From the NCBI GenBank assembly GCA_945901065.1, contig CAMDKI010000003.1, forward strand, positions 369,640 through 433,639: 64,000 bases of DNA, read 5' to 3'. Of the stretch, positions 19,801 to 27,253 are shown piece after piece (the stretch's first letter is position 1; every line of letters begins with the position of its first letter). The notes under the pieces were generated by a model. That model was not told where the DNA came from. It ran no database searches and saw only the letters and a list, made by a program, of their open reading frames with translations. Origin of the DNA: Chitinophaga pinensis (GTDB taxonomy: Bacteria; Bacteroidota; Bacteroidia; Chitinophagales; CAIOSU01). A program made the translations under genes and the position numbers.

Positions 19801-21402
19801 GGTGGTAGCCCTGGCTATCAATATAGCCGCGATGGGGTAACCTTTGCACCAACCAATGTGCTCAATAACCTAGCTGCCGGGCCATATACCATCACCATTC
19901 GCGATAGAAACAACTGTACCGCAACCGCCAATGCTACCGTATTGCAGCCAATTGGTATTACTACCAATGTAACGGGTACTAATGTTGATTGTAATGGTGG
20001 CACCAACGGTAGTGCAACCGTTGCTGCGGCTGGTGGTTCGCCGGGCTTTACCTATGCTTGGAACAGTGGCGGTGGCACAGCCACTACTTCGCCAAACCGT
20101 GGCGCAGGTTGGGCAGTGGTAACCGTTACCGATGCGCGTACTTGCCAAAGAAGAGATAGTGTGCTTATTACACAACCTAACGCAATAGTTATTACCGAAA
20201 CCATTGTGCCCATTACCTGTGGCAGCGGCAATACTGGCTCCATTAGCCTTGCTGTAACTGGTGGCACAGGTACTTATGGGTTTTTATGGAATACTGCTGT
20301 TACTGGTCCAACCCTTACTGGATTGGGTCAAGGCACTTACTCGGTTGTAGTAACTGATTTGAATAGCTGTACCGTTAGTGGTAGCTATGTTATTAACCCT
20401 CCGGGAAGTGTGGCGGTAAATGCCATCGCCACCAATGTACAGTGTTTCGATACACCTACTGGCTCGGTAAACGCCGTGGTAACTGGTGCAACAGGCTCAG
20501 TTACTTACTCATGGAATACTACTCCTGCGCAAAATGGTGCAACGGCTAGCAACTTGAGGCCAGGGCAGTATATTGTAACTGTTACCGATGCAGCAGGTTG
20601 TACCGCTTTGGATACGGCCATAGTAGCCAATGTACCGTTGCTGACAGCATCTGCTGTATCAGTGAACCCTAGGTGCTACGATACACCCGATGGAAGCGTA
20701 GTTGTAACAGCAGCGGGAGGCACAGGTAACCTTTCTTACGCATGGAGCCATAGCAGTACGCTTAACTCAGGTAACGCAGCGGGATTGATACAGGGTGGAT
20801 ATTCGGTAACTGTTACCGATGCCAACAACTGTAGCGTAACGCTGTCAGAAACCCTAACAAGCCCTTCTCAGTTATTTATTTCGTTGGCAGCAAGTGCCGA
20901 TTCTGTTAAGTTTGGTGAGAGTGTGCAGCTAACGGCAACCCCAGGCAGTGGTGTTATCGGAACACCTGTTTACGAATGGTCGCCGAACGAAAACCTGGAT
21001 TGTATTGATTGTGCCGACCCTGTTGCTGGACCGTTAGTAGAATCTTCTTATATCTACACCGTGCGCATAGCCGATGACAATGGTTGCGAAGCCGTGGCTA
21101 GGGTAACCGTAGTAGTAGATTTGTACGACCGCGTGCTTTGGGTACCAAACGTGTTTACACCGAACGGCGATGGGTTTAACGACGAGTTTAACGTATATGG
21201 CTATGGTTTCGAAACGATGCTATTTCAGGTATTTGACCGTTGGGGCGAGAAAATGTTTGAAACCACCGATCCTAAAGTGGGCTGGGATGGAACGTTTAAA
21301 GGGGTAGCGATGCCTCCGGGCGTATATGTTTTCTTGGTGAAAGCCCTGTACATTGACGGCCAAGAAGGATTCAAAAAAGGTAGCGTAACGATCCTTAAAT
21401 AA
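10852..21402 (+). CDS. Giant (3516 aa) T9SS type B surface protein with Gly-rich insert, PKD-like domains and roughly 25-30 SprB repeats
   Basis: N-terminal domain paralogous to the upstream gene; ~70-aa DSVNCNGGxDG...YSxxG...FTGLxAG.YTVTVRDxNxC repeats; C-terminal VPNVFTPNGDGFND...FDRWGE...KGSVTILK. Confidence 0.9.
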   Translation: MRGFLRSRALAITILLLSSFFVFNNKAVASHAVGIDLTYQCLGGNQYEFTVNFYRDCDGVSAPSNAFISISSASCGITTSTSLARISTIEVSAICAGQLGSSSCSGGNLPGIEQYTYRGNFTLPANCNDWVISYNLCCRNSAITNLQNPGSQSLYVEARLNNAGGLCNNSPFFTSLPTPYLCAGQPFFYNHGAIDIDGDSLVYTLVPPRTAPTANIPYNGSFTATSPLSTTGGFGFNTQSGQMSFTPASPQQAVVTIRVDEYRNGVLIGSVIRDLQLVVINCNNQLPTASGINGTSGVGGAYTIDVCAGFPLCFDISSNDLNAGQQVTMNWNGGIQGATFTTTGTPFPRATFCWTPGPGDIGVHNFSLEVRDNACPIPGLNIYTYTITVTPNPNPPVTAGPDLRICQGGSTPLTASTPAPGVTYSWRPTTGLSCTNCQNPTASPNVTTVYTVTANYPDGCSGSDDVRVTVNPTPTVFVFPAAATVCTGGSISLTATGSSSVTSYTWNPGGLTGSSVIVSPTGTTTYTVTAFDAIGCPSLPATSVITLNPPPAAPVCNNIYVTTNGGGNGLSQATPTTLLNALTIGACNSVNIKMAIGTYVIDNAITNFTSYMTIEGGFDPSNGWRKSSLPGATTILRSNNNPDGPPGAQRIVAFYINTAQFFRIQDLTIQTQDAPAGSISNYVLHMTSCSNYEVVRTRLICGNGGDGIQGNNGFSNGANGSQGVNGSDGRDDDDNLPGAGGAGGAGAGSTGGAGGPGGTDSNGAGCCQNGPPGQPGSAGSSYRGGSGGGGGATGGEDDNVGGTGGASGGLFGGGSAAAGGVGGAGDDPGQPGFSGQAGANGANGTNGTNGAPGAFGGGFFNPGGNGANGTDGQGGTGGGGGGGGGGHSNCTFCDIGSGNGGGGGGGGGEGGLGGEGGSAGGASIALYLFNNGTGGNFRQCNLTRGLAGVGGAGGLGTTGGSGGPGGLGATSSLNEIGAGGNGGFGGRGGNGGNGGTGANGVAFRYYRDGGLNPVTTDTLFNLTAQPVITATNVACTNTNITFAGPSSNAWNYGAGATPATGVGASTITQYSTTGRKDIAFGANNYLGFANIAISNAAFVPDITVQGATMVNATTYRICAGTPVNYRTSSLAVAYDWNLQGVLPSNYTTQNVLNVVYNTAGTYTVTLRVTTDCCGLSQPSTITMIVEDTPNLTFSGTPQYCAGGQTVINVRGASTYIWTPSTGLSSNTDSTVTVVTQTTTTYLVYGYNASGTCFDVDSITITVNPEPVLTTSSVAATCGSNGSVSVTVTPAGTYSYAWNTVPPQFTATANNVPQGNYQVVVTNSATGCTNNRYQTVAANGTPIAYITGVIDVTCTGANNGAAQAAVTGGTPGYTYNWGGGVVGPNRTGLAGGSYTVTVTDLNGCTASATAFINEPVPVVAQITSVTPASCSNTLDGGITIFVDGGAGNHQIVWSTTPPQTNDTLINLAPGNYTVTVTDANGCSLTRNAAISSPPPFVLSQTLFVNTTCGGTNGAITVNAIGGTGTKTFALDGGTPQATGAFTNVPPGAHSILITDANGCDTTYNFTFTTPPPFSLNTTVTPIGCSGGTTGSILATGAGGTGALQYRLGVGPYTANNNFTLLPAGTYIVWVRDAVGCTLTDTVTLAAPGSLSVALAQDSVNCNGGNDGRITATGSGGTSPYQFRISGGGPFSANNVFTGLSAASYTVTISDNFGCTATASLAVRQPAVLTVGLVQDSVDCNGGTNGFITATAIGGTAPFRYSINGGTSYQSSGIFTGLSAGSYTINVLDTNGCAGSGTITVRQPSALAMNPVIDDLTCPTNPTGAIATNPSGGSLPYQVSLNNGAFQSSPNFLNLTTGTYTLILRDGKGCLVYDTVTVAAPGGVGISLAVTGIGCGNPTGSIVATGSGGLPGYFYNINGGALNGTGIFNGLTAGFYTVRAYDQGGCFALDTVTIGPVAAIPLTLVVDSVNCFGGNTGRITATVNGGTAGYTFNINGGAYGAANVFNNLTAGSYTIGVRDGGGCTATAVGIVRAPAQLTATATVDSVDCNGNSDGFIVFTASGGVAPYEYSLGSGYQSSNIFTGLAAGAFPNAAVRDSKGCTFSIPVTVAQPAALGLTAVQDSVNCFGGNTGSITATATGGSGGYQYSINSGAFVSSGTFTGLTAGTYTIDARDFNFCTRTLTVNVLAPTDLTLSLVAGSAACAGAGGGQITATAGGGSPGYQYQLNAGAFGPSNVFTSLAPNTYNVTVRDQNGCTETSSIVVSTPTALVVSAVQDSVNCGGGNDGSLVVTASGGTPNYQYSIDGTTFQVSNIFTGLTAGPYTVTVRDANACTQTVNITVLQPVALTIATVQDSASCFGASDGVITVTAGGGSPAYEYSLDGTTFQPSNVFNGQAAGPYTITIRDAQFCQITGNISVLQPTVLGVSATKVDVSCNSTTDGSITVTATGGSLPYSYNLNGGTPQSSNLFSNLSAATYTVNVVDGNGCAQSTTITVGSTSGITISLVADSLSCNGAADGVITVTASSAAGGLEYSTNGTNFQASNVFSSLNAGNYTVTVRDANLCVASASVIVGQPLAIIASAVQDSVNCNGGTDGVITVTASGGSPSFTYSLNAGAPQASNVFNALGAASYTIDVTDQNNCQAQVGIAVLQPAALTVSAAATASSCAGGGTGGIVVTAGGGSAAYLYSIDGVNFQASNTFTNLASATYTVTLRDGNNCSVTTTVNVGQPTALTLTLVQDSVSCNGLSDGTITATAGGGNGVYEYSLNGTNFQVSNVFTALAAGPYTVTLRDGNGCTQTASTSVLQPAVLTVSTVVIDISCNSTNDGQITATGAGGSAPYQYSFNSGAFQASGTFANLTANSYTIDVSDANGCAATTNVTVQAAAPVTVTLTQDSVNCNAGTDGQVIAVGAGGSGALQYSIDGVNYQASGTFTGLNAANYTVSVRDIAGCNTTGNITVLQPTALSVTAVQDSANCFGVADGFITSTGAGGSPGYQYSRDGVTFAPTNVLNNLAAGPYTITIRDRNNCTATANATVLQPIGITTNVTGTNVDCNGGTNGSATVAAAGGSPGFTYAWNSGGGTATTSPNRGAGWAVVTVTDARTCQRRDSVLITQPNAIVITETIVPITCGSGNTGSISLAVTGGTGTYGFLWNTAVTGPTLTGLGQGTYSVVVTDLNSCTVSGSYVINPPGSVAVNAIATNVQCFDTPTGSVNAVVTGATGSVTYSWNTTPAQNGATASNLRPGQYIVTVTDAAGCTALDTAIVANVPLLTASAVSVNPRCYDTPDGSVVVTAAGGTGNLSYAWSHSSTLNSGNAAGLIQGGYSVTVTDANNCSVTLSETLTSPSQLFISLAASADSVKFGESVQLTATPGSGVIGTPVYEWSPNENLDCIDCADPVAGPLVESSYIYTVRIADDNGCEAVARVTVVVDLYDRVLWVPNVFTPNGDGFNDEFNVYGYGFETMLFQVFDRWGEKMFETTDPKVGWDGTFKGVAMPPGVYVFLVKALYIDGQEGFKKGSVTILK
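12955..13855 (+). repeat. Glycine-rich low-complexity coding segment with (GGC)n runs
   Basis: GGxGGxG repeats; Gly10 and Gly9 tracts at about 13480-13510 and 13549-13575. Confidence 0.85.
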
Positions 21403-21430
21403 TAAGTACTAACCAACTATTAGTGATTTT

Positions 21431-21465
21431 GCAGGGCTGCCCGAAAGGTGGCCCTGCATTTTTTT
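21431..21465 (+). terminator. Rho-independent terminator
   Basis: gcagggctgcc-cgaaa-ggtggccctgc followed by attttttt. Confidence 0.8.
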
Positions 21466-21487
21466 AAGGGGCAAGGGTTTCAAGTAT

Positions 21488-21590
21488 TACTATATATATT
21501 ACATTCCGCTGGGACTATGCAACTCCGTAGGAGCATAATGTCTGTAGAAACCAAACATACAGTTACTATAGCTCCGTGGGAGCCTAACAT
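21488..21590. repeat. REP/REPIN-like cluster
   Basis: Short palindromes ctccgtaggag and gctccgtgggagc plus a degenerate ccgctgggact; flanks ctatatatatta and taatgtctgtag are partly complementary. Confidence 0.55.
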
Positions 21591-21728
21591 TCTTTCAGAA
21601 CTCGTTTAAATGTCCAATTGGTATTATATTAATTTGAGCCAGCGGTAAGTCGTGGGTTATCTTTGTGTTTTTCCCTGCCCATTTTGTACTTGTTGGTATT
21701 AACCCCCGTTAGGCCGAGCAGAAATTCT

Positions 21729-21736
21729 TAGCTTTG
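21729..21736 (+). promoter_or_regulatory. Bacteroidetes sigma70 -7 element
   Basis: TAGCTTTG (TAnnTTTG) 17 nt upstream of the ATG. Confidence 0.55.
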
Positions 21737-21753
21737 TTTCGAAATTAGACGCT

Positions 21754-22893
21754 ATGAAATTCGGAACGAAAGCAATACACGCCGGGCTAGAGCCCGACCC
21801 AGCTACAGGAGCCATTATGACTCCCATTTACCAGACATCAACCTACGTGCAAGCTGCACCGGGCGACCATAAAGGATATGAGTATAGCCGTACCCAAAAC
21901 CCTACCCGCCATGCCTTGGAGCAGAACTTGGCAGCCTTGGAGAACGGTAACTATGGACTGTGTTTTGGTAGCGGCATGGCTGCTATCGATACGCTGCTTA
22001 AAATGTTGCTGCCTGGCGATGAGGTAATATCTACCAACGACTTGTATGGCGGTAGCTACCGCTTGTTTACTAAGGTTTTTGCCCAATATGGCATCAAATT
22101 CCATTTTGTGGCCATGAGCGACTTGGCGAACATTGAGGCCAAAGTAAACGACAAAACCCGCCTACTTTGGGTAGAAACACCCACCAACCCAATGATGAAC
22201 ATCATTGATATTGCGGGCGCTGCTGCTATTGCCAAAAAACACAACATCCTGCTGGCTGTTGACAATACCTTTGCCACGCCATACCTACAAACCCCACTTG
22301 ATTTGGGTGCCGATATTGTAATGCACTCGGTAACCAAATACCTTGGCGGCCACAGCGATGTGGTAATGGGTGCCTTGGTGGTAAAGGATGAGGCGTTGGC
22401 CCAAAAGCTTTACTTTTTGCAAAATAGCTGTGGTGCCGTGCCTGGTCCGCAGGATAGTTTCTTGGTGCTGCGAGGCATTAAAACCCTGCACATACGCATA
22501 CAGCGCCATTGCGAAAATGGCCGCAAAGTAGCAGAATACCTGAAAACCAACCCTAAAGTAGACAAGGTTTATTGGCCTGGTTTCCCGGAGCACCCGAACC
22601 ACGACGTAGCCAAAAAGCAAATGCGCGACTTTGGTGGTATGGTATCGTTTACACTAAAAACCAACACCATAGCTGCCGCCAATGAAGTGCTTACCCGCAC
22701 TCATTTGTTCTCGTTGGCGGAGAGTTTGGGCGGAGTTGAGTCGCTAATAGGGCACCCAGCCACCATGACCCACGCCAGCATACCCAAAGAGGAGCGCGAA
22801 AAAACCGGCGTGGTTGATTCGCTCATCCGCTTGAGTGTAGGTATTGAAGACGTAGAAGACTTAATTGCCGACTTGGAGAAAGCGTTGAGCTAG
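21754..22893 (+). CDS. Cystathionine gamma-lyase/synthase (Cys/Met metabolism PLP enzyme)
   Basis: PIYQTSTY, YSRTQNPT, ETPTNP, DNTFATP, HSVTKYLGGHSD (PLP Lys) and AESLGGVESL motifs. Confidence 0.93.
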   Translation: MKFGTKAIHAGLEPDPATGAIMTPIYQTSTYVQAAPGDHKGYEYSRTQNPTRHALEQNLAALENGNYGLCFGSGMAAIDTLLKMLLPGDEVISTNDLYGGSYRLFTKVFAQYGIKFHFVAMSDLANIEAKVNDKTRLLWVETPTNPMMNIIDIAGAAAIAKKHNILLAVDNTFATPYLQTPLDLGADIVMHSVTKYLGGHSDVVMGALVVKDEALAQKLYFLQNSCGAVPGPQDSFLVLRGIKTLHIRIQRHCENGRKVAEYLKTNPKVDKVYWPGFPEHPNHDVAKKQMRDFGGMVSFTLKTNTIAAANEVLTRTHLFSLAESLGGVESLIGHPATMTHASIPKEEREKTGVVDSLIRLSVGIEDVEDLIADLEKALS

Positions 22894-22923
22894 TTAGAAT
22901 CTAACCCGCAAAGGGCGACTGTT

Positions 22924-23418
22924 ATGGAAATATTGGACCAATCAATTATAGATAAAACCGAAAAGCCAGACCGTTTTGGAAAGGTGCTGCGGATAATTGA
23001 GTATGTGGCAGCTGCTTTTTTGGTTGTAGGAGCGCTCTTTCGCTTTTTATATTTTCCTTATGCCAACGAGCTATTGTTTATCGGTCTTACTATGCTGATT
23101 TTAAACTACTTTCCACTTAGTATTTTATATGCTATAGTGAGTAAACGCTTTAAAACGTTTGTAAGTAAAATCAGTATTATTTATATAGCCATTACACTTT
23201 CTATAGCTATTGTGGGAATAGAGTTCAGGACATTATATTTTCTTGGTGCAGAGGGTCTTATCTTAATTGCGAAGGTCCTATTTGTGCCTGCGCTTATCAT
23301 TGCCTTGGTATCAAAAAAGCAAATGTTTGGGTTAACAAACAATGTTTTTATTTGGGGGATATGGAGGCTGGTATTGGTTGGCATTCCGCTGTGGTTATTT
23401 GTGTTTGTGAATAAGTAG
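22924..23418 (+). CDS. Membrane protein with GldL N-terminal-like repeats
   Basis: About 5 TM helices; two G(A/I)xFRxLYF(P/L)xA motifs. Confidence 0.55.
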   Translation: MEILDQSIIDKTEKPDRFGKVLRIIEYVAAAFLVVGALFRFLYFPYANELLFIGLTMLILNYFPLSILYAIVSKRFKTFVSKISIIYIAITLSIAIVGIEFRTLYFLGAEGLILIAKVLFVPALIIALVSKKQMFGLTNNVFIWGIWRLVLVGIPLWLFVFVNK

Positions 23419-23549
23419 ATTGATATGGCATGACAAGAACATTTCGAAATGTATCCCGTTATATGGAAGCTTAAGGCACATGCCATAACGAGAATGATGC
23501 AGCGGCCAGAGCATTTGAGGCCAATTGTTTTAGACGGTCTTGAAAATTT

Positions 23550-23585
23550 AAAAATGGGATGGGCTGATGGTTCATCCCATTTTTT
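23550..23585 (+). terminator. Rho-independent terminator, possibly bidirectional
   Basis: aaaaatgggatgggc-tgatg-gttcatcccatttttt. Confidence 0.75.
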
Positions 23586-23644
23586 ATTAGCAGGAAATTA
23601 ATATTTCCAATTTTTCGTTAGCTTTAAAGTAAAGTTGATTTGTA

Positions 23645-23818
23645 ATGGTAGTCGTAATAAAAAAAGGTTCGAGCAAAAAGGACAAGCAAGCCGCCTGGAA
23701 GAAGCTAATGGACACCAAAAAATCCACTGGTATTGATGCGTATAAGTATTGCGGAACCGTGAAAGTGAAGGAAGACCCGTTAGCACTTCAAAAAAAATGG
23801 CGCGATGAGTGGGAGTAA
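23645..23818 (+). CDS. Putative antitoxin (57 aa), partner of the PIN toxin
   Basis: Manual translation MVVVIKKGSSKKDKQAAWKKLMDTKKSTGIDAYKYCGTVKVKEDPLALQKKWRDEWE*; overlaps the PIN ATG; below the ORF-track length cutoff. Confidence 0.8.
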   Translation: MVVVIKKGSSKKDKQAAWKKLMDTKKSTGIDAYKYCGTVKVKEDPLALQKKWRDEWE

Positions 23819-24182
23819 GCTATTGATGGACAGCAATGTTATCATGTACCTTATAAATGGAGATGCTGATATTGCTGAGATTATTAACGGTAAACAAGTT
23901 TATCTTTCTTTTATATCTCAATTGGAATTACTGGGTTATAATGGAATAACTGATGAGGAAAGGGACCGCATAAAAGCATTCTTTAATGACCCTAATATTC
24001 ATATTGTAGATATCAATGCATCGATAAAGGAAATAGTAATTGATGTTAGGCAAAAAAATCGTGTTAAACTGCCCGATGCAATTGTTATGGGAACGGCAAT
24101 GTTTTTGGATGTACCACTGCTGACAGCGGATAAGGATTTTGCAAAGATTCAGGATTTACAGTTGTTTTTATATGAGCCTTGA
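23805..24182 (+). CDS. PIN-domain (VapC-like) toxin
   Basis: LMDSNVIM, SQLEL, KLPDAIV and LLTADKDF conserved acidic PIN motifs. Confidence 0.9.
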   Translation: MSGSKLLMDSNVIMYLINGDADIAEIINGKQVYLSFISQLELLGYNGITDEERDRIKAFFNDPNIHIVDINASIKEIVIDVRQKNRVKLPDAIVMGTAMFLDVPLLTADKDFAKIQDLQLFLYEP

Positions 24183-24292
24183 TGGTGAAAAAGGGCTAAA
24201 TGCATTTTCATAAATCCTTTTCAAGTCAATTAGGCGAAGTTATGGTTCTTAAAGTATGAGTGTTTTTGGGTTTTTCCAGTATCTGGCCCATT

Positions 24293-24622
24293 TTAACTCA
24301 ACTGTTCTTTAAAAAAGGATGCAAGTGCCAGCAAATCAACCAATATACCAAAAACCGCTATACCCAATTCTTCTTCATTTTTATGCCTAATTAACAGCCA
24401 AAGCGACGCGATTAGGCTCAATACTACCAATATGGTCAGCGCTATTACTGCGTAAACAACGATTATCAAATCTTGAAAAGGGAATTGATTAACTAGGCTC
24501 GGAAACAACCAGATATAGCCGAGCGCACCTAACATTTGCAATACTCCCAACGCTAAAAGCATGAGGCCCAGCCACTTGCTTTGCAATATCCTTCGGATGT
24601 ATGTGGTTTGCCTTTCGCCCAT
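24293..24622 (-). CDS. Hypothetical 3-TM membrane protein
   Basis: 109-aa ORF with three hydrophobic segments, directly downstream of the glycosyltransferase and the heptamer array. Confidence 0.6.
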   Translation of the reverse strand: MGERQTTYIRRILQSKWLGLMLLALGVLQMLGALGYIWLFPSLVNQFPFQDLIIVVYAVIALTILVVLSLIASLWLLIRHKNEEELGIAVFGILVDLLALASFFKEQLS

Positions 24623-24629
24623 TTCAATT

Positions 24630-24664
24630 TAACCAATAACTAATAACCAATAACCAGTAACCAG
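24630..24664 (-). repeat. TAACCAR heptamer array (5 units)
   Basis: taaccaa taactaa taaccaa taaccag taaccag on +; reads YTGGTTA on the coding strand just after the GT stop. Confidence 0.85.
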
Positions 24665-24674
24665 TATACTATTA

Positions 24675-26642
24675 TCAGCACGTCCCCAAGCACTTATAAT
24701 TTTGCCAAACCAGTTTCAGATCTTTATAAACCGTGTAGTCTTTGGCATAAAGCAAGTTTAGGCGGCGGCGGGTGGCATCGTCTAGTTTTAGGTTATTGGC
24801 TTTGTCGGCCGGACTAATAATGCCCTGCTTAATGCTAGGCAACCAGTATTGGCCTTTGCCGCCATTTATAGGGGCATAGCCCACCCAGGTGCGCCTGCCA
24901 AACAACACCAACCACCAATTGCGGATAAACCTGCCCGGGTCGGCAATGATGAAGGCAGTAACGGGGTAGCTAACCAAAGTGAACAAGCAGACCGTAAGGT
25001 CGAGCATGCGCTTGTTGCGACGGTTCATGGGGGTCGATATGGCCAAGTTCACGTCGATGGCGTACAAGTCGCCAGCCGAATTTTTGGAGTTGCTACCGAT
25101 AATGCTCGGGGTATTTTCAGGCAGAATTTTGTAGTTCAATTCCGGCCCCATCAATAGCATGTGGTCGATAATGGATTTGATAGTAATATCGGCACTACAG
25201 AATATCACTTCCTCAATTTCGTAAAGCTTCCGTATGGCCTGTAGCTGGTTTATGTCACCCAAGTAGTGCTCTTCACTGCTATCTTGCGGCAAGGTGCTGA
25301 TGAAGCCAATGTACCTATTATCCACGCCCGCTTGACTTAGCAACGACAATGCCCTATCGGCTTCGGCCTTGCTGCCCACAATAACAATGCGCGGGGTTTC
25401 TTGCTCCGCAAACGTAAGTTTTCGGCCCGAAATGGCGCCCCAAGCATAACGCAGCGCCACTAACGCAAACGATGCATAAATGCCCCCAGCCAATATCATG
25501 CCCCTACTAAAACGGTACTCATCGTTCAGGAAAGCATACACCGCGGCTATCAAAAGCGTGCCAACAAATACGCCCCGCACGGTGCGGTAGGTGCGCAACG
25601 GCCTATCGAAGCCGCCACTGTAGTATATGGCCACCAGCCATAGCAATATGTACAACGGCACTATCAGTTGCATATACTCGGGCGGGTAGTACGATAGCGA
25701 GCCCTTAATCTCCTCGCTCCATAGCTCTTTGATAACGTACATGCCGCCAAACAGCAGCCCTGCATCCAGCAGCGGCAAAGTAAGCACTTTGGCTACCGAG
25801 CTAAACAGCGCAAACAGTGCACGTAGATATATGGCCATGTTTATTACCAATGCATACAGCCTAGCCTGACTGCCGCTAAAGTGCTTTTGGGCAAAGATGG
25901 CCATGGCTTGGTAAAAAATGCGCACATAGTTTAGGCTGCCCTTTTTGGTGCTCTCCCCCTTGTAATGGATGATACGTGCCTCAGGGAAATAATAGTTTTT
26001 GTAGCCGCCCAATATTACGCGGTAGCTCAGGTCAATGTCCTCGCCGTACATAAAAAAGGTCTCATCGAGCCAACCGATTTTATCAAGCGTTTCGCGGCGC
26101 ATAAACATGAACGCTCCTGCCAGTACCTCAATCTCGTGGGTTTGGTCATCATCCAAATAACCTAAATGGTAGCGGCCAAACGTTCTGCTGCGCGGGAAAA
26201 GGTTCGATAGTCCGAAAATCTTATAAAACGACACCGCCGGCGTGGGCAGCGAACGTTTGCTCTCGGGCAGAAAGTGGCCCTTGCCATCTACCATTTTCAC
26301 GCCCAGCGCACCCGCATCGGGGTGGGCATCCATAAAGGTAAGGCACTGCTTAAAAGTCTCTTCCTCCACCACCGTATCGGGGTTCAGCAGCAGCACATAC
26401 TCGCCCTTGCTTATTTCAATGCCTTGGTTGTTGGCCTTACTAAAGCCCGTATTCTCTTTATTGGCAATCAGTATTACTTCCGGAAACTTCTCGCGCACCA
26501 GCTCCACACTGTTGTCGCTGCTATTATTATCCACCACAATTACCTCGGCATCAATGCCTTGCACGGCCTTGCGCACGCTATATAGCGCCTGCTCAAGAAA
26601 GTACTTAACGTTGTAATTGACTATAATGACGGATAGGCGCAT
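24675..26642 (-). CDS. GT2 glycosyltransferase fused to a membrane/CoA-binding-like sugar-transferase region
   Basis: LSVIIVNYN, VVDNNS, NTGFSKANN, LLNPD and FFMYGEDIDL motifs; TM block; IVIVG Rossmann-like segment; KRMLDL. Confidence 0.88.
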   Translation of the reverse strand: MRLSVIIVNYNVKYFLEQALYSVRKAVQGIDAEVIVVDNNSSDNSVELVREKFPEVILIANKENTGFSKANNQGIEISKGEYVLLLNPDTVVEEETFKQCLTFMDAHPDAGALGVKMVDGKGHFLPESKRSLPTPAVSFYKIFGLSNLFPRSRTFGRYHLGYLDDDQTHEIEVLAGAFMFMRRETLDKIGWLDETFFMYGEDIDLSYRVILGGYKNYYFPEARIIHYKGESTKKGSLNYVRIFYQAMAIFAQKHFSGSQARLYALVINMAIYLRALFALFSSVAKVLTLPLLDAGLLFGGMYVIKELWSEEIKGSLSYYPPEYMQLIVPLYILLWLVAIYYSGGFDRPLRTYRTVRGVFVGTLLIAAVYAFLNDEYRFSRGMILAGGIYASFALVALRYAWGAISGRKLTFAEQETPRIVIVGSKAEADRALSLLSQAGVDNRYIGFISTLPQDSSEEHYLGDINQLQAIRKLYEIEEVIFCSADITIKSIIDHMLLMGPELNYKILPENTPSIIGSNSKNSAGDLYAIDVNLAISTPMNRRNKRMLDLTVCLFTLVSYPVTAFIIADPGRFIRNWWLVLFGRRTWVGYAPINGGKGQYWLPSIKQGIISPADKANNLKLDDATRRRLNLLYAKDYTVYKDLKLVWQNYKCLGTC

Positions 26643-27002
26643 AGTGTGCGGGCTAGCAGTGGGTTTGAGCGGATAAAGTTAACGATTTTTGGGCAGTGGT
26701 TATTGCAGCCATTGCTCCGTTGCGGATAGCATATCCGCGGTCCATTTATTGGGTAAATATAAATGGCACTATTATATCGGGTATTGTTGGCTAGAACCTC
26801 TGGTTCTCCGCTTAGGGCATTTGCCCTTACGTTGGCCACCGAATGCATTAGCCATTGCAGCAACTAATTATCACTAATTTACCACACGGTTTTATTTCTG
26901 TAAAATATAAACTCAATTTATTTTATTGCGAAAATGCAAGGGGTTGATTGTGAGGGGAATATTTTTCGGAGTGGGGGTGCTTATTGCAAATCGAATGAGT
27001 GA

Positions 27003-27052
27003 GCGAGCAGGATGCTCGCAATTAGCTAATCCTTGCTGGAGGCGTAGAATAG
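27003..27052. repeat. REP-like double-hairpin repeat, copy 1
   Basis: 39/50 identical to 50245-50294; contains the gcgagc-aggat-gctcgc stem. Confidence 0.7.
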
Positions 27053-27253
27053 TTTTATTCAAAACAGAGCCGCCCCACTTTAAGGTTTTCACAATTGGTA
27101 ATTGAAGCAGGCGTTAGTTTTTATTCAACCCACGGCGTTTTGAGCACGCATAACAACAAATAATATCTTTCTAAGTTTTTCAACTTACGTTTTAATACAC
27201 TAATTTCCTTGCTGTATTAAGGGGTAAATTTTGCCAATTTCAAAATTAATTTA

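Noticed and set aside
6703-21416. Many antisense or alternate-frame ORFs inside the adhesin genes, including Pro-rich and Arg-rich ones at 12900-13830
   Set aside because: They are shadows of repetitive Gly/Thr/Val codons in the real + strand genes.
26643-27000. Short ORFs in the GT-collagen intergenic region (and at 46557-46977, 50132-50338)
   Set aside because: No recognisable motifs or coding pattern; possibly decayed remnants, but not supportable.
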